Source of the DNA: Eremomyces bilateralis CBS 781.70
Lineage: Eukaryota
Length of the DNA: 41,224 bases
Reading direction: 5' to 3' (one strand)
NCBI GenBank assembly: GCA_010015585.1
Contig: ML975183.1
The first letter of the stretch is position 1. Each line of letters starts with the position of its first letter. The position numbers were made by a program, and so were the translations under genes. Under the pieces are notes generated by a model. It did not search any database. It saw only the letters and a list, made by a program, of their open reading frames with translations, and was not told where the DNA came from. Positions 24,660 to 36,819 of the stretch are shown one piece after another.

Positions 24660-26484
24660 ATGCTTCCAACGCAGGTGTTCCAACTCTTCCTCTTTTGCAT
24701 CTTCTCACCGCTCTCCTCTGCAGCACCGCAGTGCAAGGTTCTACCTGGCTCTCAAGAGTGGCCTTCTCAAACCGACTGGGAAGATCTCAACGACAAGGTG
24801 GAAGGAAATCTTCTGAGGCCATCTGCCCCGGCAGCTCCATGCCACCCAGATCAGTCTTCCTATGATCCGGCTGAATGCGATCGGATCCTTGCTGGTTGGC
24901 AAGATACAGATTGGCATTCGAATCATCCGACGAGCACTATGTGGCAGAACTATAATGACTTCAGCTGCATGCCCAATATAAATGCGTCGTGTAGCACGGC
25001 TGGATATCCAATATATGTCATCGCGGCAAAGACGGCGAAACATGTGAAAGCCGGTGTGGACTTCGCGCGGACCAAAAACATTAGGCTGAATATCAAGAGT
25101 TCTGGACATTGCTTTCTAGGAAGATCGGTGCAGCCAAACTCGCTGTCAATTTGGACACGTGATCTTAAGAGCCAAGTATGGTTTGAGGAGTCTTTCACAC
25201 CTCAACATTGTAACCCCATCAAGGGGCCAGCAATCACCGTCGGGGCCGGCAGCCAATGGGGGGAGCTCTACGAAGCAGCTGACGAACGTGACCTGATGCT
25301 CGTTGGCGGTGCCAGTGACACTGTCAGCGTGGGGGGCTACATTGGCGGAGGGGGTCACAGCTCTCTCAGTCCAAAGTACGGAATGGGAGCCGATATGGTG
25401 CTGGAACTGGAAGCGGTGACTGCTGACGGTCGCGTCGTCATAGCAAATGAATGTCAGAATGAAGACTTATTCTGGGCTCTCCGAGGGGTAAGTCACTGAG
25501 AAGCCCATACGTCTTAGGCTCAATTACTTACGTTCACAGGGTGGCGGAAGCACCTTCGCTGCTGTCCTAACGTATACACTCAAAGCGATACCAAGCGTCC
25601 CAGTTGCGACATGGTCCGGGTATATCGTTGGCTGGGATAACATTGTGCGATTGCATACAAAATGGCCAGCTCTCGCAGAAGCGGGTGTTGGGGGCTATCT
25701 CAGCGGCTATCCTGGACGATATCCCTACCTATACTTGTCCGCCAGTATGCCTGGAGCGATATCGTCATTCGAATTAAAAGACCTCCTCGAGCCGATTTTG
25801 CACCCGAAACTCAACCTCAACTCGGTGGTTGAAAGTTCCAACCCAACGCAAAGGAGGCGGAGATCGACGGACAGTACACCCTCGGGAACTTATTCCTGGT
25901 ATTCGAATTTCAGGGGATTTCGGACATCGCCCGACTTTGCACCGGAAGCTCGGAAATTGACACTGAATCGACGCGATACGTTCCCGGGCATTGGGATGGG
26001 TAAGCTAATCGTGTCATGGCTGTGGAGTGCCGAGGATGTGGCAAAGCCTGGGTTAGAGGATGCTCTCCGTGGATCCATTGATCCATCGGTGTGGTATTTG
26101 AACGACCTGATCGCTGGAGCTGGGACGGCGAACCCACCATACATCCGAGGGGGTGGGAATGCTGTCAACCCAGCATGGCGGACGGCGGTGATGAGACCGG
26201 CGTCCGAGCTGCAATGGGACGATCCGGAGGAGACGGTGCAAAAGAAGCAGGATGGTCTCCGATTCGGGGCCTCGCTCCGCTCTCTTAGCCCAGATGGTGG
26301 GACTTATGGAAATGAAGCTGATCCTGATACTGCAAACTGGCAGTACGCGTTCTGGGGAACCAACTACAAGCGACTCTTAGGTTTCAAACAAAAGGTTGAC
26401 CCGGACGGAGTATTCCACTGCAGACGATGCGTTGGTAGCGAGTTATGGATTGACGATTCCAAAGGCCAGCTCTGCCCTGTTTGA
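24660..26484 (+). CDS. Secreted FAD-linked oxidoreductase (VAO/BBE-like, AA7-related); join(24660..25487,25540..26484)
   Basis: Signal peptide, IKSSGHCFLGRS, VGGYIGGGGHS, DLFWALRG|GGGSTF, GTYGNEAD...FWGTNYKRLLGFKQKVDPDGVF and a 52-nt gtaagt..cag intron. Confidence 0.95.
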
Positions 26485-27728
26485 CCAGTACGTCCATCAG
26501 TACGTCCACCAAGTCTCGATGGTCGACTTATCATCGGCTAGGCTCACCGAGAAGAGATATAAAAGAGTCGTGCAAAGAATATGGGCGCCTCGTAAAAGTT
26601 CAGGGCTTAGATATGTTCCACCTAATATCCCACCTAATATTCCAACTACACTTTCTTACTTCGCTAACAAACTCAACTTTCTTTTCGCTTCTGTGCCAAT
26701 ACAAAGCCGAAGAGCAAGGCGGAGACCAAATCGTGCATCGCTGCATGACAGTGCAAGCAGGTAGTAGATGTTCTTAAATACTGCTGCTCTGCGAGGGTAA
26801 TATGGAGTATGCCCGAAAACTGAAAACAAATCAACCTGCGATCTTTGACTCTTTTGACATAATTCTACCTTACATCTCGAGTGTAAGCTACTGCTTACCA
26901 GGTAGGAATAGATTCGGGTTTTCGGCTTCGTCAGCTGCGAGCCTGGACAGTCGACAGGTTAGGAACAGAAGATCCGAAGATGTAACATCTCGCCAATGCC
27001 TGCTCGGGCTACTCCCTAGTTTAAGTAGTAGTATCACGGAGTACGGGGAGCATCCTCTGCAATATTACCATCGGAGTTAGGAGTATTACAAGACCATTCT
27101 TTAAGTACAGTGAGTACACATGACTTGCAGGGTGGTCCAACCCATCCACTCACTAACTAAGCGTCGAGAATTCAACGTGCAAAGAAGGACCCCTACCAAA
27201 ATTTTTTGGCCATGGTAGGTATATTGTTCGTCCATCTCGCCTATCCCTGGGGGTCGCTCGGACCCCGAAGGAGTGAAGATCAGAGTGTTTTCGACGGGCA
27301 TTTGCCGTTCAATTTGATCAGCGTGAAATTTCAAGGATCCCGTTATCTTTGTGCCATTGTCCGCGACTATCGTTCCCAAATTCGTAAATTTCTAATACGA
27401 CCCACGATGCTTATCCCTTATTGGAACCGACAGTTTGCTCAGTGCTGCCAGAGCACTAATTACAGAGTATGGTATTCACGTCCCTCCTTCCTAGACTCTA
27501 GTAATCCGGGTCCCTTTGCGATCTATTGAATTCTGCCCATGAGTTGGTCCCCTTTAACGCCATGCACTAGTTTCTCAAGTGCATATGTGCAAGTTCATCC
27601 TTAACGAGAACGAATTCTCTGATTCTTTTCGTGCTGTACTCGGAAGGAGAAACGACTTGCCATGTCCTCTTCTCCCTTCTAAAACAGCATACCTATTTGT
27701 GACTGTACAGATTACTACGCTGAGTATT

Positions 27729-28931
27729 TTAGGTCAATGCAGCAAGCTGGTTCAATGCCCAGGTCAATGTCCTTCGGGGATCAAGTTCATCGCCGCCCTC
27801 ATCCGGACGATAATAGTGCCTGTTTATGGCAGTCAATGACCGGTATACGGTATACCTATTATGTTCGGTTAGCATACGGAACTGCATCAATACGATCGTG
27901 AGTTGCGCTCACAACAAATACCGGACTCCTTCTTTCCCATCTCTTTCGTTTTTCGGTAGGGTACCGAAGCCTTCCCAGAATTCGGTCAAGTTCTCCCATT
28001 CCGCGACCCAATGCCCCACTCGAATGTCACCCCAGACGCAAGGTCCAAGCCCGGACAAGCCCACAACTTCGCCAGTCCTTTCGTCGACCATAACATTTGC
28101 TGCGTCTAGGACATCCAGAGGAACAAGCGCAGAAGGTTCTCGGAATGACTCTAGTGAAGATGAATGTTGCGCGATTTGTACACGGATCGCATCGTATGGG
28201 ATGCTGACAAGCATATCTTCAGCATCTCGCAGCGAGGCTTCCATCATAGAAAGAAAGGCGGCCTGCCATGAAGTGTTCGACCCGGCGCCGTCTGACCCAC
28301 TGGGCCCTTTGGCGGCCAAGGTGGTAGCGGAACCTCGTCGCGAAGGTATTGATCCCCATATCCCCGGGTCTTCCGGATGAACCTGGACAAGTTCTCGGAA
28401 AGCGGCTCCTAATGTTCTGTACAGCGTCGCTAAGAACGTCGGTGAGAGACCTTGGATCAACATTCCGGGAGTGGGGATCTGACATCGGGACATCCCAGGA
28501 GGGAAGAGTGACGGCAGAGGAGTCCCTGATGGGCACGTCAGGATGGTATGCGTCAATGACGATAGGGGCATGGGAAAAGTCGGGCTGATGGTGAGCATTT
28601 CATCTGGTCCAGATATCCTTGGGACTGCAAGAGTTGACTGAGAAATGATCGCTCGGAGAGCAAGAATCTCGTTTTCTAAACCTCGCTTTTCCAACCGCAG
28701 AAGCCGTGCCGAAGGTGCTGGGCCAAACTTGACAAGAAGGTTAGACCCATTGCTGAGGCGAGCGACATAAACAGGATAAAGGGACAGAGACAGAGGCTCG
28801 ATTCGTGCCAACGACAGGTTGGATCGTCGTAGTATGGGATCGAGAAGGCTCTGGATCAATGTGTATTCCTGAGGATTCAAGAAGGAAGGCTCTTGTCGGG
28901 ATTGAATCTCCGTATGGTCCTGAGGTTGCAT
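27729..28931 (-). CDS. Aminoglycoside phosphotransferase / kinase-like fold protein; complement join(27913..28931,27729..27855)
   Basis: LSNGSNLLVKFGP..RLLRLEKRGLENE, SWQAAFLSMMEASLRDAED and NVMVD...VWGD. A 57-nt intron restores the C-terminus LLYTVYRSLTAINRHYYRP...RRTLTWALNQL. The start codon is uncertain. Confidence 0.82.
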
Positions 28932-31900
28932 CCCTACAACACCATCCCGCGAGGATAAAGGGTTCTTGAAAAACAGACACAAACGGTAGGTATGGAATAT
29001 AATCAAATAGACGACATTGGCAGGAACTCAAAATGCAATCCTCCCGGGCTCATCTTCTGATATTGGCGCTGAGAACCGAAACGTTATCTTATGATCAAGG
29101 CGAAAGAAAATAGAGGGAAGGATGACAAGATATCAACTCGAAATAGGCGAAAAGCCTGCTACCAGATTGGGCTGTAAGGATAGTATGCTACCATTTATAT
29201 ACGAGTAAGGGGTTTGGGTCATTCCGGGGCTGCACGTAGGTGGATTACAGTATGGACCGCATCATCTGCTGTGAATGAAATTCATGGTGGAGCATACGGA
29301 AGAGCGCTGTGTTCCAGGCAACTTCCTTTAATGGACAGAATTTCTCGGTAGGGGGTGAAAGGAACAATACATAAATAGCAATGGAAGTTTCCAGTAGATC
29401 CCCATTGTTGGTGGTGGCTTGATGAGGTGAAGTCTCAAGCCGAGGAGACGCCAGTATGGCCATACATAAGCCCTTCGGAATTATGCTAGCCGGTAGGTCA
29501 GTCAGGAAGTTGTATGTAGTGGGAAGGACGGGGTGTTCCTCCGTGTAGGAGACCTTGAGTGGATGCGGGATTGCTTTCGAGAGAGGCCCTCTTTCGATGG
29601 GCTGAGCATATCATGAAGTTTGATAGTATACGATCCTTGGTATGGGTGCTGGAGTAATGACCGGATAGGGGGATAGTACGGTCATTCAATACGCCCTATA
29701 TTCGTAAGCTGTAAAAGGGTATATGCAGCCCCAGCACTCCATATGTCTGATGCCCGTCGACACCCGTTGATTTCGGGGGATGGACCTTGCGAAGGTCCGA
29801 CTAGAGTCATTCCGGCTGGTGGAAATGGAGGAATATGTACGCCCAAAGCAAGCAGAAGCGAGGCTAGTGCGATACAAAAGTACGAACCAGCCTACCACAT
29901 CGGAACCCAACACACATTGTGATATTGCCTCTTGGTAACTGGGAATTATAAGCCAACTTGAGAAGCTAGGTACGGTTCCGAAGTCCACTCACTCGGGATC
30001 GCCGTAGGCGTAGGCGACCTTTGTTGGGCTGAGATGAGAGGGTCAAACACCGGAACTTGATCCTCGGACAGGTCATTCAGACTTCAGGTCTCATTGGGTC
30101 CAGTCTCAAGTCTCAAGTCCTACGCCTCAAGCCACTAGTTCCTAGCCCACAGGGAAGCAAGCGAAACAGTGCAAGTCCAAGAGATAATACGATTATGAGA
30201 GGCGCATCAGCAATTCAGATTTCAGCATACCAGACTTGCAGGCTAACGTGGCTAAGGCCCACTGTCCCGTGCATGTACAACGTTGAAAGTTGAAACATCT
30301 GACAGTCGTCATAAAATGTCCGGGAAGCGAGGCCTGACCGACCCGCGCTGCATGAGCCGTGAACGCCTATTTGGTTGCTGTAATAATACGGCGAATGAAA
30401 CCACCTACTCGCCCGGCCGTTAGCGGCTAGAGTCTGTAGGTACCTAGTTGATGATCAGCACCAGGGCCAGCTTTTAGCGGCGTAGGTCCCGGTGTTCGAC
30501 GGCTTGCCACTTGCCAGCCGCCAGGACTTAGTACTATGTACTGTATGTAGGACTTAGAACTTCAGAACTCGGGAGGGGGACATGAGTCCATTCAAGGGCC
30601 TGAAAGATTACCTTCGGCTTTGGTCGTATTTTGTTTGTTAATACTTGGAGGCTTGAATACCTAATACCTGGTAAGTAATGAGCCGCATTCCGTATTATGG
30701 AAGCATTCCTTGGTGGATACTTGAAATCCGATGCAAGATGCACAACAACTCCTCCATCCCGCCCCCACTCGCAAGTCGAAACTCGGGCGGGTTTCAACTT
30801 TCAAATCGTTCGGCATGGTGCTGTCGTGTTAGGTGTTTAGCTTGCATAAATGGATAAATGATCCTGTCGAGGCTGCCTAAAAGTAGCACCGGCAGAAGCA
30901 AAACCAGAACTATGGCGTATCACCATAGACAAGGGAAAGCGAGAGAGGGTGAAGGTGAAGCGAAGCCAACGACGTCAGCGATCAGCGATGAGCGGTCAGA
31001 CGGTCAGACGGCCAGAGCGAGAGAACGAGAGAGCCCGGCTGGCGGCCTAGACGTGCTAAGCTGCTAATCTCCTTTCTCGCTTTCTGGAACATTTGCCTGT
31101 TCGAATTCGGACCAGCACACGAGGAGGCGTCCGGCGATCGGTGAACCCTAAGTCCGCGACCCTGTCAAATGTTAAAAAGCAAGCCCCAGTTGGTGAATAA
31201 TGGATACTGACTAGAATTCGTCAAGACTTAAAACTCAGGACTCAAGACTCAAAACGTAATAAGACAAAGGACTCAAGAAGATTGGTGTTTTTCGCTGGTT
31301 CTGGTGGTCCAGTACGCATTTGCGGCACGTTTGACTGCATTATTATCTGATCTAGTCACCTGGAATGGAACATGACACGAAGTACGAGTACACACCCGCG
31401 TTGCGACAGGCCTTCATGGGAGTTGATGAAAATGATCGACGAACGGATGTTGATAACGATCGAGGACAGCCGGAGGACGGAATAGGTAGTACCAATTGGG
31501 ATACCTGTAATTACTCCGGTCTCGGTTCTCATGCCACCTACAAAGTATTATGCATCCCTAGCACCGCGCGGTTCGATGACCCGCGTTGGGTGTAACCTAA
31601 AACGCCTGATCTTGCGCTGGTGCGTCGTGATGACATGAATTCGCGGTAGAATCAATATAAACGCAGATGTCTAGAATGAGGCTGGAACCATCTTTCCTGG
31701 CCACATCCCAATAATGCGTACCCAGAACACACAGACGATGGACCCCAACCCCCCACGATGCTTGAGAAAGTACCGTACTCACCCATCGTATAAAAGGAAG
31801 AAAATTCATTTTCGTTACGTCGGCCACCCGGATCTCTGATAGTCAAGCCTAAAGCAGAGCCCCGTATCGCTGCAGGCATTTCTTTACACAGTATCACATA

Positions 31901-32035
31901 GGTGTCTGATTTGATCAAGTCATTTGGCCCTTCAATTATTAATCAAACATTGAATCGGGATAGCCCGCGAAGCCAACGCTATTCATAAGCGGTCTCCCAC
32001 CATCGACGTATCTTTAGTGATGTACTGACCCCAAT

Positions 32036-33451
32036 TCATTCCACCTTCGACCTGGCCTTTTCCAACTCCGTGGGGTTATATAGCTCGTCCAGATTGAATC
32101 GCTTGAAGCGGCGGAAGTCGCTTGTCACGACACTCATCCCAACCACGTTCTAATTCATAAGTTAATATTCCGTATCATGGCCCAAGGTTCCTGTGTGGCT
32201 GGCAGTGGCTCACCTTGTAGACCTCCACTAGAATAAGCAAGTCGAAGCCTGTGAGATCAACCTTATGCGAGCCCATAGTCTCCACAGCATCGGCTACCAG
32301 GCGGATGATATTGGCCCGATTCAACTCTCGTCCTGCATTGTTCCGAATACTCGGTTGGATGGCGAACTGCATAACGATGGTCAGGACTATGGGACAAGGA
32401 GCTGTTGCGAAAGCTCGGGATCACGTTGAGAATGTCGAGGTCTTGGGAGAATGGCGTTGAGGAGAATATAAACGAACCTTCTTTGATTCCGTGCCTTCCC
32501 CGAAGTGTGGCCGTAGAACGTCCTCTGCCAGGCTTACCAAGTCAGGTTCGTACGCCTTCGCGAATTTCGTTATTGGAACAAGTCGCTTGACAAATCTGAC
32601 TCTCTTATCCCTTTCCTGGTTGAATGCATCTTTGCAGACCCTGTGAACAAGGATCACGGGGTCAATCGGAGGCTTCGTTTTGATGAATATCACTAAAATA
32701 AATGACATTGGAGTTCAGTGACTAGGTTCAATGGAACTCCGCGGCCCTTGGGCACTGGGAGGATGGTGCAGCCACTTACCACACTGAATTCCCGTTTTCA
32801 CTATTGTAAACATCGAGTCATGCTTCTTTGTTTTCATTCCAGCCAGTTCCTCGTTGATTTCGGCCTCAATGTCAACAGGAGCCCCATCCTTAGCGTTTTC
32901 TTGATCGGACACCACGGGTCCCTCCTTTGATGAGCCCGTTTTTGTTCCGTATAGAATTTCAGCGTACTGCTCAAAGTCATTAGCTTTCATCTTGACAGTC
33001 AACAACCGACACATCAGGAGCTTGATTGCAAGAGGATACAACATGTTGTTCTAAAGAAGGGGCCGTACCTCTTCGAACAGGTCCAGAAGTTCGTGCTGGC
33101 TTTTCACTTCTTTGTCCATAGTACAGGTTGCCCAGATACCAGCGTCTCCCGGTTCAATGGTAGAGCGCGAGTGGGAAACGTTGCCACGATTGTCCTTTGG
33201 AACACGCCACAGCTTTCGTTTCTTTTTAGAACCATCCTAAACACCACGTTAGCAGGGCAGTCATACATATATTTATCCGCGCATTTGGAGTCCATATTCT
33301 CGACGGAAGCTGCAATTGGCCGTCTCCGGCGAACACTAAAACTGAGGCTGAACTGGAAAGGACGTGGATGGCCAACCTCTATGGAATCCTTTTTGCTACT
33401 GGCAGCAGAACCATTTTCAGGTCGCTTACGTTTCTCACTCTCGGCGGCCAT
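32036..33451 (-). CDS. TAN1: THUMP-domain tRNA acetylation cofactor (Tan1/THUMPD1); 6 exons: 33377-33451, 33069-33236, 32780-32966, 32478-32692, 32214-32366, 32036-32149
   Basis: GDAGIWATC, DIEAEINEEL, RFVKRLVPI, FAIQPSIRNN, HKVDLTGFDLLILVEVYK|NVVGMSVV and FKRFNLDEL. The introns are phase-consistent. Confidence 0.9.
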
Positions 33452-34268
33452 TGCGTCGGGAACGTTGAGAAATGGGATGATGAATGTAGGTAGCAGTAGT
33501 GGAAGTGGGCGTAGGATGAGATTGGGTTTAATAGAAACGTCTCGACGGGTATTTATCGGCCATCCGGATGTCAACGCGGCACTAGAAGTTAGGCGTCCAG
33601 GAACTAGAACGGCAGGGCCAGAACTTAAAACTTTCAGTGTGGGTTCCAGAGGTAAGTAAATAGTATATTTCGGTGAGTGCGCCAGGGAAGTTGATGTTGG
33701 GGAGCAGGCGCCAGCCGACGGTGGCGGCTTTTTTGGCAAAGGACGATGATCCGATCCCTGTGAAGATCCTTTTAACTTTAACATTCGATACTGCCTGCCA
33801 AGTCATCACTAGTAGAGTATATTTGTGTTCACGTTAAATGGAATGGTTATTTGATGGCCAATGACAGTACTTTCGAGCATTTGTCCCAACTTAAATGCTT
33901 GGAAGTTAGGCATATTACGACTTCTCAGTTCTTCTTAGTTCTATTTATGGAATGTTTAGGACATCATGATCAAGCCCTGGATCGCAGGGTGCCTAACCGC
34001 TTAGACTAATACCAAGACGGATGTCTCAGAGTGTAGGCTTGACAAAAGCATCTATTATGACTCTCTATATCTATGAGGATCCTAGTATGCTGAAAGGTCT
34101 CTGCTGGCTATAAAGTCAGACTTAACCAGGGAGGCCGGGAGGATCTCGACGATCGTGATATGCCCGATCGGCCACGAATCGACGTTTGCCGAAGGTGGAT
34201 TTATTAACGGTCGACATAAATAGCAATGTGTCCCGCCCAAGCACATAGAAACCGAATCGCGCCCGTGA

Positions 34269-35427
34269 TCATCCTAGCAACCTCATAGTCATCTCCACCC
34301 TGTTCCTCCGGGTCAGCCAGTGAATGGATACAAGGGGAGAAGGAAGAAATGTCAACGAAATCGTGACAACTTACACTGCAAATGTCCCAGCACTGACAGG
34401 CATTGCTCTCACCAGCGTCGGCGTTATGCCTTTCCAAAACCCTCTCCACCCTTCGTGGCGCCAGGTCTGCGCGAAGCAGTCTCTCATGTTCTTGTATCGC
34501 TTTGCGTCGCCGAACCCATCCGTTTGCATCTTGCTTTTCACAACATCGAATGGATAACTGCTCAGCCATAAAGCCTCTCCAGCCAGGCCTCCATAGAAGG
34601 CGACCTTTGGCGCGGAGATATCCTCCCGTGCAATCCGATTACGTTTCGCGTCCGCGTTCATGAGATACTCGAAAGAGAGAAACCAAAAGCCGTAGGCCTG
34701 TGCTTCCCGTAAAATAGTCACCGCTTCGCCCCGATACAGTCCTCCTAGGATGCCTCCATGGGAGGAGAGCTTGCGAACGCAGTCAACAGGACCGGAGTAG
34801 AGGCGTGCGGCTCCATGTGGCTGGGTCTGCAGCCGGATACGAACATGCTCAATGGGCCCTGAGATAACGCTGTTTGCAACACCGGCAAATGCGCCTGAAA
34901 GAAAGTACTGTGGATAAGAAAGGCTGCCGTCCTTCCTTGACGAGTTTTGGATATTCCGAGACTCGAAGATGCGCCGAGCGTAGTGGAATGCACCGAATTG
35001 AATGGACACCTGCGGTTTGTTAGCGCGTCTAGGTCTTGCAGGAGAGAAAGATATCGATCTGGTGCAAGAAAAGAAGAGCCCCGAGGCGTCACATCTTGCA
35101 TGGGACTCTGTCCATAATACTTACACATGCTCCAATGCCAACCAGAGGGGTCAAGGTTCCCTTGTAAAAGGCCAAGGGGCCTTCATTTTTCCAAACACTG
35201 CGGGCGCATTGCAATGCGCCCGTGTATTCCGGTCTTGTCTGTAATCGGACTTTCACAATGTCTGCTGCGGATTAGTCTTGGTCGATGTTCGCAAAAAGTC
35301 TGTTGAACATACCCAAAGGTTGTCCTAGCAAAACCTGGGCCATTCCGCCTACAGCTCCAGCAGAGAGATCTTTAACAACTCTTTCCACCCCCTTCCCATC
35401 CTCTTCCAGCTCTTTTACGACCTCCAT
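34269..35427 (-). CDS. YMC1: Mitochondrial carrier family protein, YMC1/YMC2-like; exons 35313-35427, 35125-35261, 34375-35009, 34269-34299
   Basis: Three Px[DE]xx[KR] signatures (PLDIVKVR, PIEHVRIR, PFDVVKSK), plus FYKGTLTPLVGIGAC|VSIQFG and REAQAYG, as in YMC-type carriers. Confidence 0.88.
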
Positions 35428-36103
35428 TGTGATGACTGATGCGTTCGATGTGAATTGGGTAATATGTAAGTCCTTGATACACTACAGATGCACTCTGAAA
35501 TTGCATAGGATATAACGAGAGAGAGCATGTGTTGGGTTTTGACGTCTAATCCCTGTCGATGAAAAGCACGCAATCTGATAGGTGATAATTAATTAATTAA
35601 GAGAGGAATTATTCCGTAGCAGAGGGCCAAACCAGACACCACGACTAACGACACTTACAACTTACAACTTACAACAGAGCCTCAACTTACACTACCGATA
35701 ATATGTAACATTTGTCCGGTTCCAATCTGGGGTTCATCAATTATCATTGAGTCTGCTAGGTGCTGGTCAGAATCCGATGTGGACCCCGTCCATCCTGTCC
35801 CCCAAAGTCGATCAATACGAGCCGAAGCACGCAACAAGCCAGACAGTTAACACTTAACAGGGCAAGGCTTGGTACATACAAATATCAAAAGGCACAGCAC
35901 CACTATTATTCCTTCGTACAGTGGACTACGCATTACCGAACCTGGACGCTCTGATCTCCGAACATCCTCCTCGAGCCACACTTCGCTTCTAGTGACCTCG
36001 TGATATGAAGCACCTTAAATGCTTGTAGGTACAAGACTACCAGTCCTGCAATAATGGGCACAGCACCCAGACACAAGAACAGCAGTAGCTGCAGGAAGAG
36101 CTT

Positions 36104-36660
36104 GGATACACGTGGGCTCTCTAAGGGTTTCTATGGTGGTGACATCCAGGCTGCCTCACTCTTCTGGGACAGGATACGAGGTCTAGCGCATGTTAGAATC
36201 ACAAAGTTGTTCTGAGGATTTCCATAGCGTTAGCATCCAAGCTCCCCCACTCTCCTGCCATCAGGATACGATACCTCGCTTCTGTTATAATCACAAAGTT
36301 GATTGAAAGTAAGATTCTGTTGCGAGACTGGATACACGTGGGCTCTCTAAGAATTTCTATGGCGTTGGTATCCAGGCCGCCTCTCTCTCCTGACATAGAA
36401 TACGAGGTTTGGCGCATGTTAGAATCATAAAGTTGTTCTGAGGATACCCATAGCGTTAGCATCCCAGCTGCCTTACTCTCCTGCCATTGGGATACGAGAT
36501 CTCGCGTCTGTTAGAATCACAATGTTGCTTGGAAATAAGATTCTTTGCGAGACTGGATACACGTGGGCTCTATGAGAATTTCTATGGCTTTGGTATCCAG
36601 GCCGCCTCTCTCTCCTGACATAGGATACGAGATCTAACGCAGGTTAGAATCACAAAGTTG
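36104..36660. repeat. Higher-order tandem repeat: ~2.5 copies of a 225-226-bp unit, each made of two related ~92-bp subunits plus a ~42-bp linker
   Basis: ggatacacgtgggctct starts at 36104, 36330 and 36555. The shared core (tt)a(g/t)aatca recurs with its first a at 36195, 36287, 36421, 36513 and 36646. Confidence 0.93.
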
Positions 36661-36819
36661 ATCGGAACTAAGATGTCACCGCGAAATTCAAGGACTTCCA
36701 ATGAAGCGATGAGTCCTTTTCTATTATTTGAATGCCGTCACTGTCCAATATGGTTGTCTTGATTCTCTTTTCATCGAATCCCTTGGATCGCTGTCGTGGC
36801 GAATATTGCACTCCCAACC

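Noticed and set aside
26485..26645. Two 12-bp direct duplications after the oxidase stop codon
   Set aside because: They are simple local duplications with no inserted element between the copies.
19732..28931. Secondary-metabolite or resistance cluster (MFS + FAD oxidase + APH-like)
   Set aside because: There is no backbone synthase or cluster-specific transcription factor, the gaps are 1-3 kb, and all three families are abundant and scattered in fungal genomes.
31560..31600. tRNA-like GGTTCGA motif
   Set aside because: No proper T-stem/loop geometry, A box or cloverleaf around it.
29010..32030. Short ORFs and 7-bp repeats (AGTCTCA, ACTCAAG) in a 3-kb gene-free interval
   Set aside because: No family motifs. 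The short repeats look like ordinary slippage.
33093..33784. 188-aa (+) and 226-aa (-) ORFs
   Set aside because: They overlap TAN1 exons 1-2, its first intron and its 5' region. The spliced TAN1 model explains the coding signal.
36104..36660. CRISPR-like array or repeat-protein gene (e.g. ORF 36199..36462)
   Set aside because: The locus is eukaryotic, the intervening sequences are themselves homologous rather than unique spacers, there are no cas genes, and the repeat periods are not multiples of 3.
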